Source: Pirellulales bacterium (GTDB taxonomy: Bacteria > Planctomycetota > Planctomycetia > Pirellulales > JADZDJ01). From it: a stretch of 64,000 bases of DNA. Numbering within the stretch: the first letter of the stretch is position 1; the number at the start of each line of letters is the position of its first letter. The notes under the pieces are model-generated. The model was given only the letters and a program-made list of their open reading frames with translations. It was not told where the DNA came from and made no database searches. Positions 9,818 through 19,569 of the stretch are shown in pieces. The translations under genes were made by a program, and so were the position numbers. Location of the stretch: positions 33,634 through 97,633 of the forward strand of contig OY970289.1 in the NCBI GenBank assembly GCA_963716135.1, given 5' to 3'.

Positions 9818-11449
9818 TCACTCCGCCACGCGCCAGCGTCGGTTGAAAATCCAAATCATCGCACCCAACAGGCACACGACCAAGGCGATCGATAAACCTA
9901 GGTACGAGAAATACAGCGGCCAATCGGCCGCGCGATCGGCGATCTCCGGATTTCCAAACGCTAGCGGCACGGTAAATGCCGCCGCGAATGGGCTCGCAAA
10001 ACTCGTCCACTGCACAATACCGCTGGTCGCCGCCGGATAAAAAAACGTCTCGGCAAAATACCGCACCGCCGGCGGCAAGCAATACAACGTGGCAATCGCC
10101 AGATATGCCGCGATCATGCTGTGCACCGTCTTGCGAAATATCACCGAGCAAAACAGTGCAATCGTCGTGGTCGTCGAGCAGCACATGAGCACTATTCCCA
10201 CATAGGCGAGCATCGACGGCAAATTTCCCCAGTAATAAACCGACAGCGGCACCGCCAGCACCAACGGCCACAGCAAAAACAGCGTCAGCACGCTCGATAC
10301 CCGCAGCCCGGAAAGCAGCTTGCCCCACAGAATCTGCCACGGCGAAATGATCGTCGTCAGCAACAGCTCCAGCGTTTGCCGCTCGCGCTCGCCGGTGATG
10401 GCGCCGGCCGAAAACACCGGCCCCACGAGCATATTGAACAGCACGACGTAGCCGATGTACCAGGGCGCCAGCTCCTGCCGCCAAAACAGGCACAACGCCA
10501 TGATCGGGATCGCCAGCAGCATGCTGATCTGAATCACCAGGCGCAGCATCAAGGTGCCCTGCGCAAAAATCTCGCTCCGCATTTCCTTGTCGTAAACCGG
10601 ATTCGCGCCGTCGGGCAAAAGCGCCGTCCGCTTGGCCGGCGCAAATAGCCGATCGGGAAATTGCTCGCGGTGGATGATCATTCCCACCGCCTCCCGCGCT
10701 TCCTGCTCGATATCGACCGGCTCGTTCCCCTCCACGCCCACGTCGGGCGGATACAGCAATCGCCGGCTCGTGGCCTGAAATAGCGCAATGCAAACCGCCG
10801 AGCAAATCGCCGGCAATGCGGTCACGCTCAACAGCAGCCGCACCCGGTCGGCCGCGCCGCTGCCCAGCGTGCTCCAGAGCGCAGCGCCGGCCATCGCCAG
10901 CGGCAGAATCAACAGATACGACACCACCAGCGCCGCCGCGGTGCGCCGAAAGAAACTGCTGCACGCCATGCTGATCATCCCGAAAGTGACGATCGACAGC
11001 CCCAGCGCCACGTACGCGGCCAGCACCTCGTAAATCGAAACGCCCCCCAGCGGCAGCGCCAACACCACGATCGGCAGCGACGAAAATATCAAGATCCCCA
11101 ACGGCAGCAGTGACGCCAACAGTTTGCCCAGCACAATCGCCCCGGGCCGCAGCGGACTGGCCAGCAGCATTTCGTACGTCTTGCGTTCTTTCTCGCCGCT
11201 GATCGCCCCGGCCGCAAACGTCGGCGCCAGAAGCGACGCCAACACGTACTGGCTCAGAAAGAACAAATTCACCAGCCGCGTGGCCTGCTGCGGATTCCGC
11301 GTCAGATCCAACTGCCGCTCCTGCGGCCAGGCCAACAGCACCACCAGTCCCAACAGCGCGTTGTAGCAAAACAGCAAGATGAACGCGCGGGCTGTGCGCA
11401 GATTGACCAGCAGCTCCCGCTCAAGCACCGGATTCTGAAAGAGATACAT
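9818..11449 (-). CDS. ABC-2 type transporter permease with duplicated permease domain
   Basis: Two repeats of NPV..+E and AGAI(S/T)GE(K/R)ER.T.E.LL, many TM helices. Confidence 0.9.
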   Translation of the reverse strand: MYLFQNPVLERELLVNLRTARAFILLFCYNALLGLVVLLAWPQERQLDLTRNPQQATRLVNLFFLSQYVLASLLAPTFAAGAISGEKERKTYEMLLASPLRPGAIVLGKLLASLLPLGILIFSSLPIVVLALPLGGVSIYEVLAAYVALGLSIVTFGMISMACSSFFRRTAAALVVSYLLILPLAMAGAALWSTLGSGAADRVRLLLSVTALPAICSAVCIALFQATSRRLLYPPDVGVEGNEPVDIEQEAREAVGMIIHREQFPDRLFAPAKRTALLPDGANPVYDKEMRSEIFAQGTLMLRLVIQISMLLAIPIMALCLFWRQELAPWYIGYVVLFNMLVGPVFSAGAITGERERQTLELLLTTIISPWQILWGKLLSGLRVSSVLTLFLLWPLVLAVPLSVYYWGNLPSMLAYVGIVLMCCSTTTTIALFCSVIFRKTVHSMIAAYLAIATLYCLPPAVRYFAETFFYPAATSGIVQWTSFASPFAAAFTVPLAFGNPEIADRAADWPLYFSYLGLSIALVVCLLGAMIWIFNRRWRVAE

Positions 11450-11455
11450 GCGGCA

Positions 11456-11600
11456 GAGTGAGCGGTGAGTTGTGAGTGGTACGGTGGGTGGCCGGGGCTG
11501 GACTGAAGGGAAGCCCCGGACGCGCAACCACCGGGGTTTCGGCTGCGCCTCCAACCCCGGCCACCCAGTAGTATCTTACCTACTCAGTTACTCACCTACT
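11456..11600. repeat. REP-like palindrome (GGGTGGCCGGGG...CCCCGGCCACCC) nested inside heptamer (GTGAG) inverted arms
   Basis: Perfect 12-bp IR at 11486-11497/11555-11566; outer arms gtgagcg-gtgagtt-gtgagtg and ctactca-gttactca-cctact. Confidence 0.7.
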
Positions 11601-11605
11601 TGCTC

Positions 11606-12109
11606 CTACACTAAATCCAACCGCCGCGTCTGCCGCTGCCGCCTGGCGCGGCACTCGGCGCAGATGCCTGTGATGATCAGCCGATGCCCGGTGACGCGGA
11701 ACTGATGTTCCCGGGCCACCGCTTCGCGCAGCCGGACCAATTCGTCGCTGGAGAATTCGATCAGCTTATGGCATTCCTGGCAGTACAGGTGATCGTGCTG
11801 CGGATAGCCGTAGTCATGCTCGTAAACGGCCCGCCCCTTGAGCGTCATCGTGCGCAACAGCCCCGCATCGACCATCTCGGCCAGCGTGCGGTACACGGTC
11901 GGCCGGCTCACCTTCCGCCCGGCCGAATTGCGGCTCAGATCGACCAGCAATTGATCGGCGTCGAAGTGCTCATGCCGCTTGGCAATCTGCTCGACCAGGA
12001 TCCGCCGCTGCTGCGTGATCCGCTTGCCGCGGGCCTGCAAAAACTCCTCAAACCGCTCGATCGGCGAAAGCGCGACTTCGACAGTGCCTAGCGAAAACTC
12101 GTGCGACAT
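11606..12109 (-). CDS. Fur-family transcriptional regulator
   Basis: RITQQR, HFDA, SRPTVYRTL, HDHLYCQEC..IEF, C-terminal CAEC. Confidence 0.95.
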   Translation of the reverse strand: MSHEFSLGTVEVALSPIERFEEFLQARGKRITQQRRILVEQIAKRHEHFDADQLLVDLSRNSAGRKVSRPTVYRTLAEMVDAGLLRTMTLKGRAVYEHDYGYPQHDHLYCQECHKLIEFSSDELVRLREAVAREHQFRVTGHRLIITGICAECRARRQRQTRRLDLV

Positions 12110-12117
12110 GGCGAATG

Positions 12118-12192
12118 GTTAGTGGTCCGTAGTCAGTGGTCCGTGGTCAGTAGTCAGGAAACAACGGACAACTGACCACGGACAACGGACAA
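12118..12192. repeat. Heptamer inverted tandem repeat (GTGGTC(A/C)... / ...ACGGACA)
   Basis: gtggtcc gtagtca gtggtcc gtggtca gtagtca ... acggaca actgacc acggaca acggaca. Confidence 0.85.
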
Positions 12193-12346
12193 TTCCCGTA
12201 ATCAATAACGATTCTAGATTAACACGCCGCCAAGCCAAGCGGTAGCAAGTTATGATAACAGCAGCAAAAACCCGCAAGAGAGACGAACCTGCTGCCGTGC
12301 CGTGCGTCTAAGAGAGCTATTCCGGCAATCGAAGAAAGGCATCGCC

Positions 12347-12709
12347 ATGTCAAAGGCCAAATCGAAATGGGATCGTCGATTGCTCGGAGCTTGGAAGTCC
12401 GACAGGCGCCGCACGTTCAAATCGTACCGTCCCCGTCGTGGATTATCACTGCCCAAGTACTGGCGTTTTAAGGCGATATTCGGCAAATTGGTGATTCGAT
12501 GGGGGCGCGGAACATGTCATACGGACTTAGAGGGCTACCGATCCACGCACAAATACGTTGTTGTGGCTAGTGACTCTCACAGTATTGTCATACGCGCTCA
12601 CGATGTTCTTTCGGGCGAGAGTCGGCTCCAATACATCCGTTTTCAAGGGAACTCCTATTGGACCACAACGAACGGCGATTTATGCGAATTCTTCACGCGG
12701 GTCAAATAG
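12347..12709 (+). CDS. Hypothetical basic protein
   Basis: Open frame DRRLLGAWKSDRRRT...EFFTRVK, AT-richer than its neighbours; AAGG RBS before ATG 12347. Confidence 0.65.
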   Translation: MSKAKSKWDRRLLGAWKSDRRRTFKSYRPRRGLSLPKYWRFKAIFGKLVIRWGRGTCHTDLEGYRSTHKYVVVASDSHSIVIRAHDVLSGESRLQYIRFQGNSYWTTTNGDLCEFFTRVK

Positions 12710-12727
12710 CATCATCTCTCGTGGGCC

Positions 12728-12790
12728 CAACAAAAAACCCCGGGGGAAGCGGAGGCCCGGGGCGGAGAGCATTGCTCGATGAAAGCGATG
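12728..12790 (-). repeat. Duplicated hairpin+terminator element, copy 1
   Basis: Near-identical to 12921-12984; CCCCGGG...CCCGGGG followed by TTTTTTGTTG on the minus strand. Confidence 0.8.
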
Positions 12791-12920
12791 AAGGTCGGTG
12801 GTGAGTTTATTGGTTGCGCTCCCGTCGCGAGCGACGGGGCTAAAACGGGATGACAATTGCGTGGCGATTCCCGCCGATGCCATCGGCGGCTTTACATCGT
12901 CATTCAGAGCGGTTGCCGCG

Positions 12921-12984
12921 CAACAAAAAACCCCGGGGGAAGCGAATCCCCGGGGCGGAGAGCCATCGCTCGATGACAGCGATG
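12921..12984 (-). terminator. Duplicated hairpin+terminator element, copy 2 (flgM terminator)
   Basis: CATCGCT..AGCGATG hairpin, then CCCCGGGGA..TCCCCCGGGG-TTTTTT, ~60 nt downstream of the flgM stop. Confidence 0.8.
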
Positions 12985-13042
12985 TTGTTCGATGTGCTGT
13001 TGGCAGCGACCAAGCCCGGCCTGGGGGCACGGGCTAAACGGT

Positions 13043-13333
13043 CTACGCAATTTCGTCGAGGAGCCGATCCAGCGCCACGTCCATCTTCTCGTCGGTCATA
13101 TACGTGCCGTCGGCGATGGCGGCCTTGATGGCGTTGACGCGCTCCCAACGGATGTTGGGAATCTCGCTCAGCTTGCCGGCCATTTGGGCCGCCGGCGATA
13201 GCTGCAGCTCGTCGGTGGTATCGATATGCGTCGACGCGGCAGGAGTCGACGGCGGATTGATGCGGCTGGTGTGCGGGGCTTGAATGCCCTGCGTGCCGTG
13301 CAACTGGCTTGGTCCGTAAATCGGCATGGTCAT
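13043..13333 (-). CDS. flgM: Anti-sigma-28 factor FlgM
   Basis: DELQLSPAA...IR.ERVNAIKAAIADGTY...LDRLLDEI; AGGAG RBS upstream of ATG 13333. Confidence 0.9.
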   Translation of the reverse strand: MTMPIYGPSQLHGTQGIQAPHTSRINPPSTPAASTHIDTTDELQLSPAAQMAGKLSEIPNIRWERVNAIKAAIADGTYMTDEKMDVALDRLLDEIA

Positions 13334-13410
13334 GGTCGTTCTCCTAAAGACCTCAAGCCCACGATCACTCCAATCGTTTATCCAGCGGAGAATACCGCCG
13401 GTTGGCTTGT

Positions 13411-13438
13411 TAGTCGGCTCGTCGTAAAACCGGCTGAA
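13411..13438 (-). promoter_or_regulatory. Putative sigma-28 promoter of flgM
   Basis: TTCAG-N15-GCCGACTA resembles TAAAG/TCAAG-N15-GCCGATAA. Confidence 0.5.
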
Positions 13439-13881
13439 TCGCCGGCGGGCAATCTCGCTCACTATGGGCGGCTGCTTGATCGCGATCCCCAGCCCCGATG
13501 TCTGGAATACGTTGGGCCGGTTGAATCTCATGAATCAGCAGTTCGCTTTCGGCGAACGTGATCGTCCTGGGAAATGTACCTCGCTACTTACTGGGCGCCG
13601 TCGTCTTTCGATACAAACATGCGAAACAGCGGGCACCTAATATTCGCACTGCTTGAATCGGCTGTCCGTCAGCAGCCATTGATTCAAAACCAAATCCACC
13701 TCTCTAAACGTGTTGGCCCGGTTATCGCGGACCAGCACGGCTGTACCAAAGTTCGCGGCTGCGCGGTGAAGCTGACCGGAGGATGTCGATTTTTCGCCAC
13801 CGCGTTTAGCGGCGACATCGCACCACACCTGTCTGTCCGTTCTACTCCGCACGACCGCTCACTTGCACGAAACCATCCTAA

Positions 13882-13897
13882 TGCAAACGCCGGACCA
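13882..13897 (-). promoter_or_regulatory. Putative sigma-54 promoter facing flgM
   Basis: TGGTCCGGCGTTTGCA, GG-N10-GC with TTGCA. Confidence 0.4.
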
Positions 13898-14342
13898 ATG
13901 AAAAACGTCCGCGTGCCAATGCGACCGTTGCCAGCAGCCGCGGCGGCTCGTTGCAACCGGCGCGACGTGAAATTATCGTTATCTTCCGGCGCGGCAAATC
14001 CATGATCTGGCGAATCGGGGCGAATTATAGGGGCCCATCGACAACCTCAACAAGCCCGATTAAGTGCCGCTATATTCGCTACTTGCAGCGCAAAACCAAC
14101 CCCAAATCCATCGCCGGCAACCTTGCCGCCTTCGTGCGCCTCGCGAGCGAAACTTGAATAAATCCGCGCGAAACTAATTCTTTTTCTCGCGGTTAGATGC
14201 TGTGGTGGTACAAAGAATTTCGCCGCGACCGACGCCGCCTCCCGCCGCCGAACGAAACTTTTACATCCCGCCCCCGGCGCTTACAAAACCAAAATTTGCA
14301 CTCCTCGCAAGTTTGCTAAAGAACTCTGTTGAAAGGTCATTT

Positions 14343-15236
14343 ATGTTCCGCACCGTTTTGGTCACTCTGATTTCGACAGCCGCGCTCTCGCTGGCCGCTG
14401 CCGCATTCGCCGCCGATGAGAAGAAACCCGACGATCCGGCGGCCGCCGCCGACGCGGCCAAACGCCATGGCGAACTGTTCGACAAGCTCGACGCCAATCA
14501 CGACGGCTTCATCTCCGCCGACGAAGTGCCTGCCTCTCATAAACGCTTGTTCGATCGCCTCACGCACCGCTCCGACAAAACGGGCGACGGCAAGCTCAGC
14601 CGCGACGAATTCATCGCCGGAATGGCCGAAGACCGCACCAAAGATCGGCCCTTCGCGGCGCTCGACCGACGACCGGAAGACAAGCCGGGCGCCGGCGGAC
14701 CGGGACCGGGACCGGGGCCGGAACCAGGAGAAGGTCGTGGGGCCGGAGCACGAATGATGGGCGGGCTATTCCACGCCTTGGATACCAATCACGATGGGAA
14801 GCTCGATGAGAAGGAAATCGAAGCCGCCAGTGATTCGCTCAAAAAGATCTCCAAAAACGGCGAGATCACCCGCGAAGATCTGATGGAAAATGCGCGAATG
14901 TCTTTCGGGCCAGGTGGTCCGGGAGGCCTTGGTCTGGGCCGGCCGGATATGAACCCGGACGAAGCCGCCAAGCACATGCTCCAACGGCTGGATAAGAACG
15001 GCGACGGCAAAGTTCAAAAAGATGAACTGCCGCAACGTCGTCAAAAGGATTTCGACTCGTTGGACACGAATCACGATGGAGTCCTGGACGAGGAAGAGCT
15101 CAAAGCCTCGATTCCTCAAATGATGGAACGCGTGAAGGAAGCCCGGGCTGGCAAGACCGAGAAGCGGCAGAAGCCTTCGGCCGACGAGATGAAGCCGGAC
15201 GAAACGAAGCCGGGCGAGAAAGGCCCCGAAAAATAA
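14343..15236 (+). CDS. Secreted multi-EF-hand calcium-binding protein
   Basis: Signal peptide; DANHDGFISADE, DKTGDGKLSRDE, DTNHDGKLDEKE, DKNGDGKVQKDE, DTNHDGVLDEEE. Confidence 0.9.
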   Translation: MFRTVLVTLISTAALSLAAAAFAADEKKPDDPAAAADAAKRHGELFDKLDANHDGFISADEVPASHKRLFDRLTHRSDKTGDGKLSRDEFIAGMAEDRTKDRPFAALDRRPEDKPGAGGPGPGPGPEPGEGRGAGARMMGGLFHALDTNHDGKLDEKEIEAASDSLKKISKNGEITREDLMENARMSFGPGGPGGLGLGRPDMNPDEAAKHMLQRLDKNGDGKVQKDELPQRRQKDFDSLDTNHDGVLDEEELKASIPQMMERVKEARAGKTEKRQKPSADEMKPDETKPGEKGPEK

Positions 15237-15581
15237 TAATTGGCCGGGAACCAATTCCCGGCGGATCGGGTCGAATAACCAGAGTACCCCGTCAACGCGC
15301 CTTCTATGGCGTGTAACAGCGAACGCCTGGTGCGACGATGCAGCAAACCCACCTGCATCGGCCAGGCGTTGTTTTTTTCGCCTGACAAACCGGCAGGAAG
15401 CCGATGCGGCTGGCACCAATCGGTCTGGCGGTCGAAAACCCAAACCCCCGAAAAATCAACCTCTTTCAGATCCTTGCGCGAACCTGAAACATTTGACTCC
15501 CGTCAGGCGTATTAGATGGTACAGCGTTTGCAATGACTACCAGGCGGAACGAGAGCATGTTGCCGGAAGGAGACAGAGGTC

Positions 15582-15815
15582 ATGTCAAAACGACCCCGAC
15601 GCAATCGAAAAAGCAACGCATCCGCGGATCGCATCGGCCTGGACGAGTTGCCGCTGATTGTGGTTAGCAGCCCGGAATTTCGCGCTTTTGCTGCCCGGCT
15701 CGACCAGGATTTGGAAACGCTGGTCAGTCGTTGGGGTCACGTGGCTGCTCCGTTTTCGTTGCACGTGCGTCGGCCGGCGCCGCTGCCAATTCGGCGGCCG
15801 GCGGAGCCTGCGTAA
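15582..15815 (+). CDS. Small hypothetical protein
   Basis: GGAG/GAGG RBS before ATG; helical core FAARLDQDLETLVSRW. Confidence 0.55.
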   Translation: MSKRPRRNRKSNASADRIGLDELPLIVVSSPEFRAFAARLDQDLETLVSRWGHVAAPFSLHVRRPAPLPIRRPAEPA

Positions 15816-15991
15816 ACCGTCGTGCGTCGATTTTTCTTTCGCCGAACCGTTGGTCGGCTCGAGCGGACGGCATTTGCCTTTAGCGGATTCCTTGGACGGT
15901 GCGCGCTGGCAGCGTAGGCTTTTCGCGTGATCCAGGCTGAGCGCGCTGCGACAGGCGCTGCGCAATAGTTTCTCCACGGGCCACGTAGCAT

Positions 15992-16021
15992 TTGACAACC
16001 GCCCCCGATGGCATTTACGAT
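15992..16021 (+). promoter_or_regulatory. Putative sigma-70 promoter of tRNA-Phe
   Basis: TTGACA-N18-TACGAT, 60 nt upstream of the tRNA. Confidence 0.55.
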
Positions 16022-16081
16022 TCCCGTTTGCCGCCATCGCTTTTCCGCTTTGCTTTCTGAAGCGTCGGCGCCGGCGGCACC

Positions 16082-16154
<73 letters not shown>

Positions 16155-16170
16155 CTGGAAGTCAGACGAT

Positions 16171-16200
16171 AGCCGCAGCGAGAGTTGCGGCTTTTGTTTT
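16171..16200 (+). terminator. tRNA terminator
   Basis: AGCCGCAGC-GAGA-GTTGCGGCT-TTTGTTTT. Confidence 0.8.
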
Positions 16201-16259
16201 GCGCGGAAGAGAGTTTTCGGCGCGATCGAAATGTAGCTTAATTGTAGCCAATCTCACCG

Positions 16260-17180
16260 TCACTTCGTGACGGTCATGCTGGCCACCAGGAAAAGACCGA
16301 AGTGCAGCCGAGTAGTGAAAAATCTGCCGACCGGATCGGGAATCATGCGCATCGCCAGATTTTTCACTTTCCCGGCAGGCAGCGGGATCAGTTCGACCTT
16401 CGATCCGCAGATCCGCAAACGATCGATTGTAAACAGCCCGTCAATCTCGCGCTGCCATTCGCGCGGTCTGTAGCAACGAGCCAGCGCCCCGTCGAGTCTG
16501 CGTTGCATCAACTGATGCCGAGATTTCTCGCGGAAGAGTCGCCCACGAATGAGGCCGTCAAAAAATCCCGCGAGTACATAGTAGTGCCACCAGCTTCGAT
16601 GGTAGACCATTACAATAGCCGTACCGCCTGGGCGCAGGACGCGCTGCATCTCTTTGAGGATTTGTCGCGTGTTGGATGAATGATGGATTACCCCCCAACT
16701 CCAGATGAAATCGAAGCTGTTGTCGGGGAACTCCATTTTCTCAGCATCCATTTTACTGATTTTCGCCGCAAGGCCCGCGCACTGCAGGCGCTTCGTAGTG
16801 CAGTTCACGGAGTAATCCGTTAGATCGATTCCAGTGTAAGTCTTGCAATGTGGCGCGATGATTTGTGCGTGCGTGCCACATCCAACACCAATTTCTAAAA
16901 CATCTTTGTCCGCCAGATCATCGAACGGTATCAATTGCTCAAACGGCACTCGGCTCCAGGGCATGAAGTTTCTGACGTCGCCTAGGAATCGCGCGTCAAT
17001 TTCGCGATAGAATTCAGGCGAGAACTCGGCCGGAGCCACGGCGCTCGTCCAGTCATAGCGCATTGGGTGATTCTGCCAGAAGTCATAATTGGACTTCTGC
17101 CAGCGCTCTGCCTCGCTCTCGTCCCCGGGTTCGGCTGTTGGCGCGTCGAATCCGGCCAGAATCTTATTTGGTTCGATCAT
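16260..17180 (-). CDS. Class I SAM-dependent methyltransferase (Methyltransf_11-like)
   Basis: VLEIGVGCG, DAEKMEFPDNSFDFIWSWGVIHH, RVLRPGG. Confidence 0.9.
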   Translation of the reverse strand: MIEPNKILAGFDAPTAEPGDESEAERWQKSNYDFWQNHPMRYDWTSAVAPAEFSPEFYREIDARFLGDVRNFMPWSRVPFEQLIPFDDLADKDVLEIGVGCGTHAQIIAPHCKTYTGIDLTDYSVNCTTKRLQCAGLAAKISKMDAEKMEFPDNSFDFIWSWGVIHHSSNTRQILKEMQRVLRPGGTAIVMVYHRSWWHYYVLAGFFDGLIRGRLFREKSRHQLMQRRLDGALARCYRPREWQREIDGLFTIDRLRICGSKVELIPLPAGKVKNLAMRMIPDPVGRFFTTRLHFGLFLVASMTVTK

Positions 17181-17434
17181 ATTGCTTTCGTCTTCCCCGC
17201 GCGGCGGCAAGGTGATTGCGGCAGGCCGCGCCGAACATTCTCCGGCATTTTGACAAATTGAAAAGAAAACTGGCCACTCCGTTTTCAGTTTTGGACCGAT
17301 CCTGGGCTCCTTGGGGGATTGTAGCCTAACCGTAGCCAAACGGGCGTGCTCTGGTGGATATCAACAGGCAGTTTGTTGTGAATTATTCGGCACTATGTAC
17401 ACTGTAGACGATAGTGGGATGTACCGGGATGATT

Positions 17435-17479
17435 TGAAAATCCGTGTCACCAGTTCGATCCTGGTCCCGACCACTGGAA
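17435..17479 (+). repeat. att-like duplication of the tRNA-Phe 3' end
   Basis: TGAAAATCCGTGTCACCAGTTCGATCCTGGTCCCGACCACTGGAA equals 16114-16160 minus one GT. Confidence 0.9.
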
Positions 17480-17584
17480 TAGTAGTTTGCACATCGGGCT
17501 GGTCGAGCGTGCAAATGGCGACTAGGGCTTAGGCACCATGGTCCGGCAGTTCGACTGAACCGGTCTCGATCTGCTGAGAAAACC

Positions 17585-19322
17585 ATGTCAGGCGAAGAAG
17601 ATCAAACTCCTCCCAGCGAAATTCCTCCCACTAAGATATCTGTCTCTCCCGCCGCAGCGCCCGCAAACGCAGGGCGGCCTCGATCAACTATTCCTCCGGC
17701 GGCCGGCGAAATCCAGCTTTCGGCTTCCGCTCCTCGGCGATTCTGGCTGCCACTTAGCATCTTGGTGTTTTCGATTTCCGCGGTGCTGCTGTTCTACCGG
17801 CTGGGATTCTATCCGCTGTGGGGCGACGAAGCCGACACGGCGCTGTACGCCCGGGGAATCGCGCACGGGCGATACTTATGCCGTCTTTGAACACAACGTC
17901 TACGCCTGGCGCAACGGCAACTATCTGAAGAACCTGCATGGCCGCTATGCGCCGCCGGCCTCGTTTTACCTGGCGGCGCCGTTTGTCGGCGCCAGCGGCG
18001 GCGGCGCTTTTTGGCCGCGATTCCCGTTTGCGGTCTGCAGCCTGCTGACGGTCGCCCTGATGCTCTTTTGGATGGCCCGCAGCCACTTGAGCGCGCTGTT
18101 CTGGACGATTTTCTCTCTGGGGTTGCTGGGAAACGTTTCGTTTTTTCTCTATGGCCGTCAATGTCGCTACTATGCGCTGGCCACCCTGCTGACGGTGTTG
18201 ATCGCCAATTTGTATCTGACTTGGAATGGCCGCTGGTGGAAACTCACCGCCATGATGCTGGCGTCCATCCTGCTGTTGTGGACGCAATACCTGCCTTATG
18301 CCGGCTTGTACGCGGCGTTGGGGTGCGATTATTTATTGGCGCAACGACGTCGGAGTCCACTTCGATGGAATCACTGGCTGTTGCTTTTGGGGCCGCAGGT
18401 GCTGGCCGGCGCTTTGGCCGTGGCAATCTACAATCCGATCGGCGCCGGGGTGGTGCCGGATGAAGCGGGTCGCAGCCTTCTGCTGGATAAGCTCACGTTG
18501 TTCTGGTGGAACCTGCGCGACATCAACATTTGCGAGTTCGGCGTCGGCCTGCTGATGCTCGCGGCCCCGGCGCTGTACCTGCTGGAAAAAAATACTTGGT
18601 TGCTGCGCGGGCCGTTGGCAATTCTGTCATACATGTCGATTGTCACCATCTTGTCGCCGCAGCCCATCGGACGCACCTCGTTCGCCGATATCCGTTATCT
18701 CGAGACCTTGATCCCGTGTTGCGTTCTTCTCACGTCGCTGGCGATTCTCACTCTCGCTCGCCACAAGTGGTCGATCGCCCTCCCGCTAGCCCTGCTGGCC
18801 TTCGGCACGAATGTTTTGAATCAGCCGCTCAAGCCCGACGAGTGGCGCAGCAGCATCTACCAATGGCTCGGTGAACTCAAAACACCCCGTTCCACCTCCA
18901 TCCAGCAAGCCATGGATTGGATCCATCAAAACGTGCAGCCCGGACAGAGCATCTGGGTATTTCCGGATTACATGACCTATCCGCTGATGTACGATGCTCC
19001 GCAAGCGGTTTACGCCTGGCAGTTGCAGGGGCCGCCGTCAGGGCAATTCAAAGATCTTCCACCGATTCACTTCGTCGGCGGGGCATCTCCCGATTACATT
19101 TTGGCGTTCGGCCTCATGCCGCAGATCGGGGAAGCACTCGCATATTTGAAACAGCAGCGAAAGACTGACTACAAACTTGTCGCGACGCTGGATGTGTTCT
19201 GGAACGACATGACGCGTCCCGAGTTGTTCTGGCGAAGCTTTCAGCCGGTCGTCGGTTACAACCCGCAGGTTGAAGCGGTGTACATCCTGCAACGCAGCGA
19301 TTTGAAATCCGCGCCACCCTAA
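17585..19322 (+). CDS. GT-C (ArnT/PMT, GT39/GT83-like) membrane glycosyltransferase, indel ~17862
   Basis: LWGDEA acidic motif after TM1, RFPF, RQCRYYAL, multiple TM helices. Confidence 0.85.
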
Positions 19323-19569
19323 GCCGGGGGAGCGAGAACGTCCTGGCCGAATACAAGCGGCCGTTGCAAATGAAGGATATACTCACGGACACGCTGGACA
19401 TTTACTGGAAGGTTCGGGTTTGGCCGGGACGCTTTCCGCGGAGATTGAAACCGGTCGTCATCTGCAAACCGGTCATGGGCCACGTTGACATTTTTTGGCG
19501 AGCCAGCTTGGTTTCAGAAAGGCACTGACCCGCGGAACGATCCGATCGGCATGACCCTCGACAAAGGCA

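Noticed and set aside
17435-17479. Second tRNA-Phe
   Set aside because: Only the 3' half is present, with no D arm or 5' acceptor strand. It is an att-like repeat.
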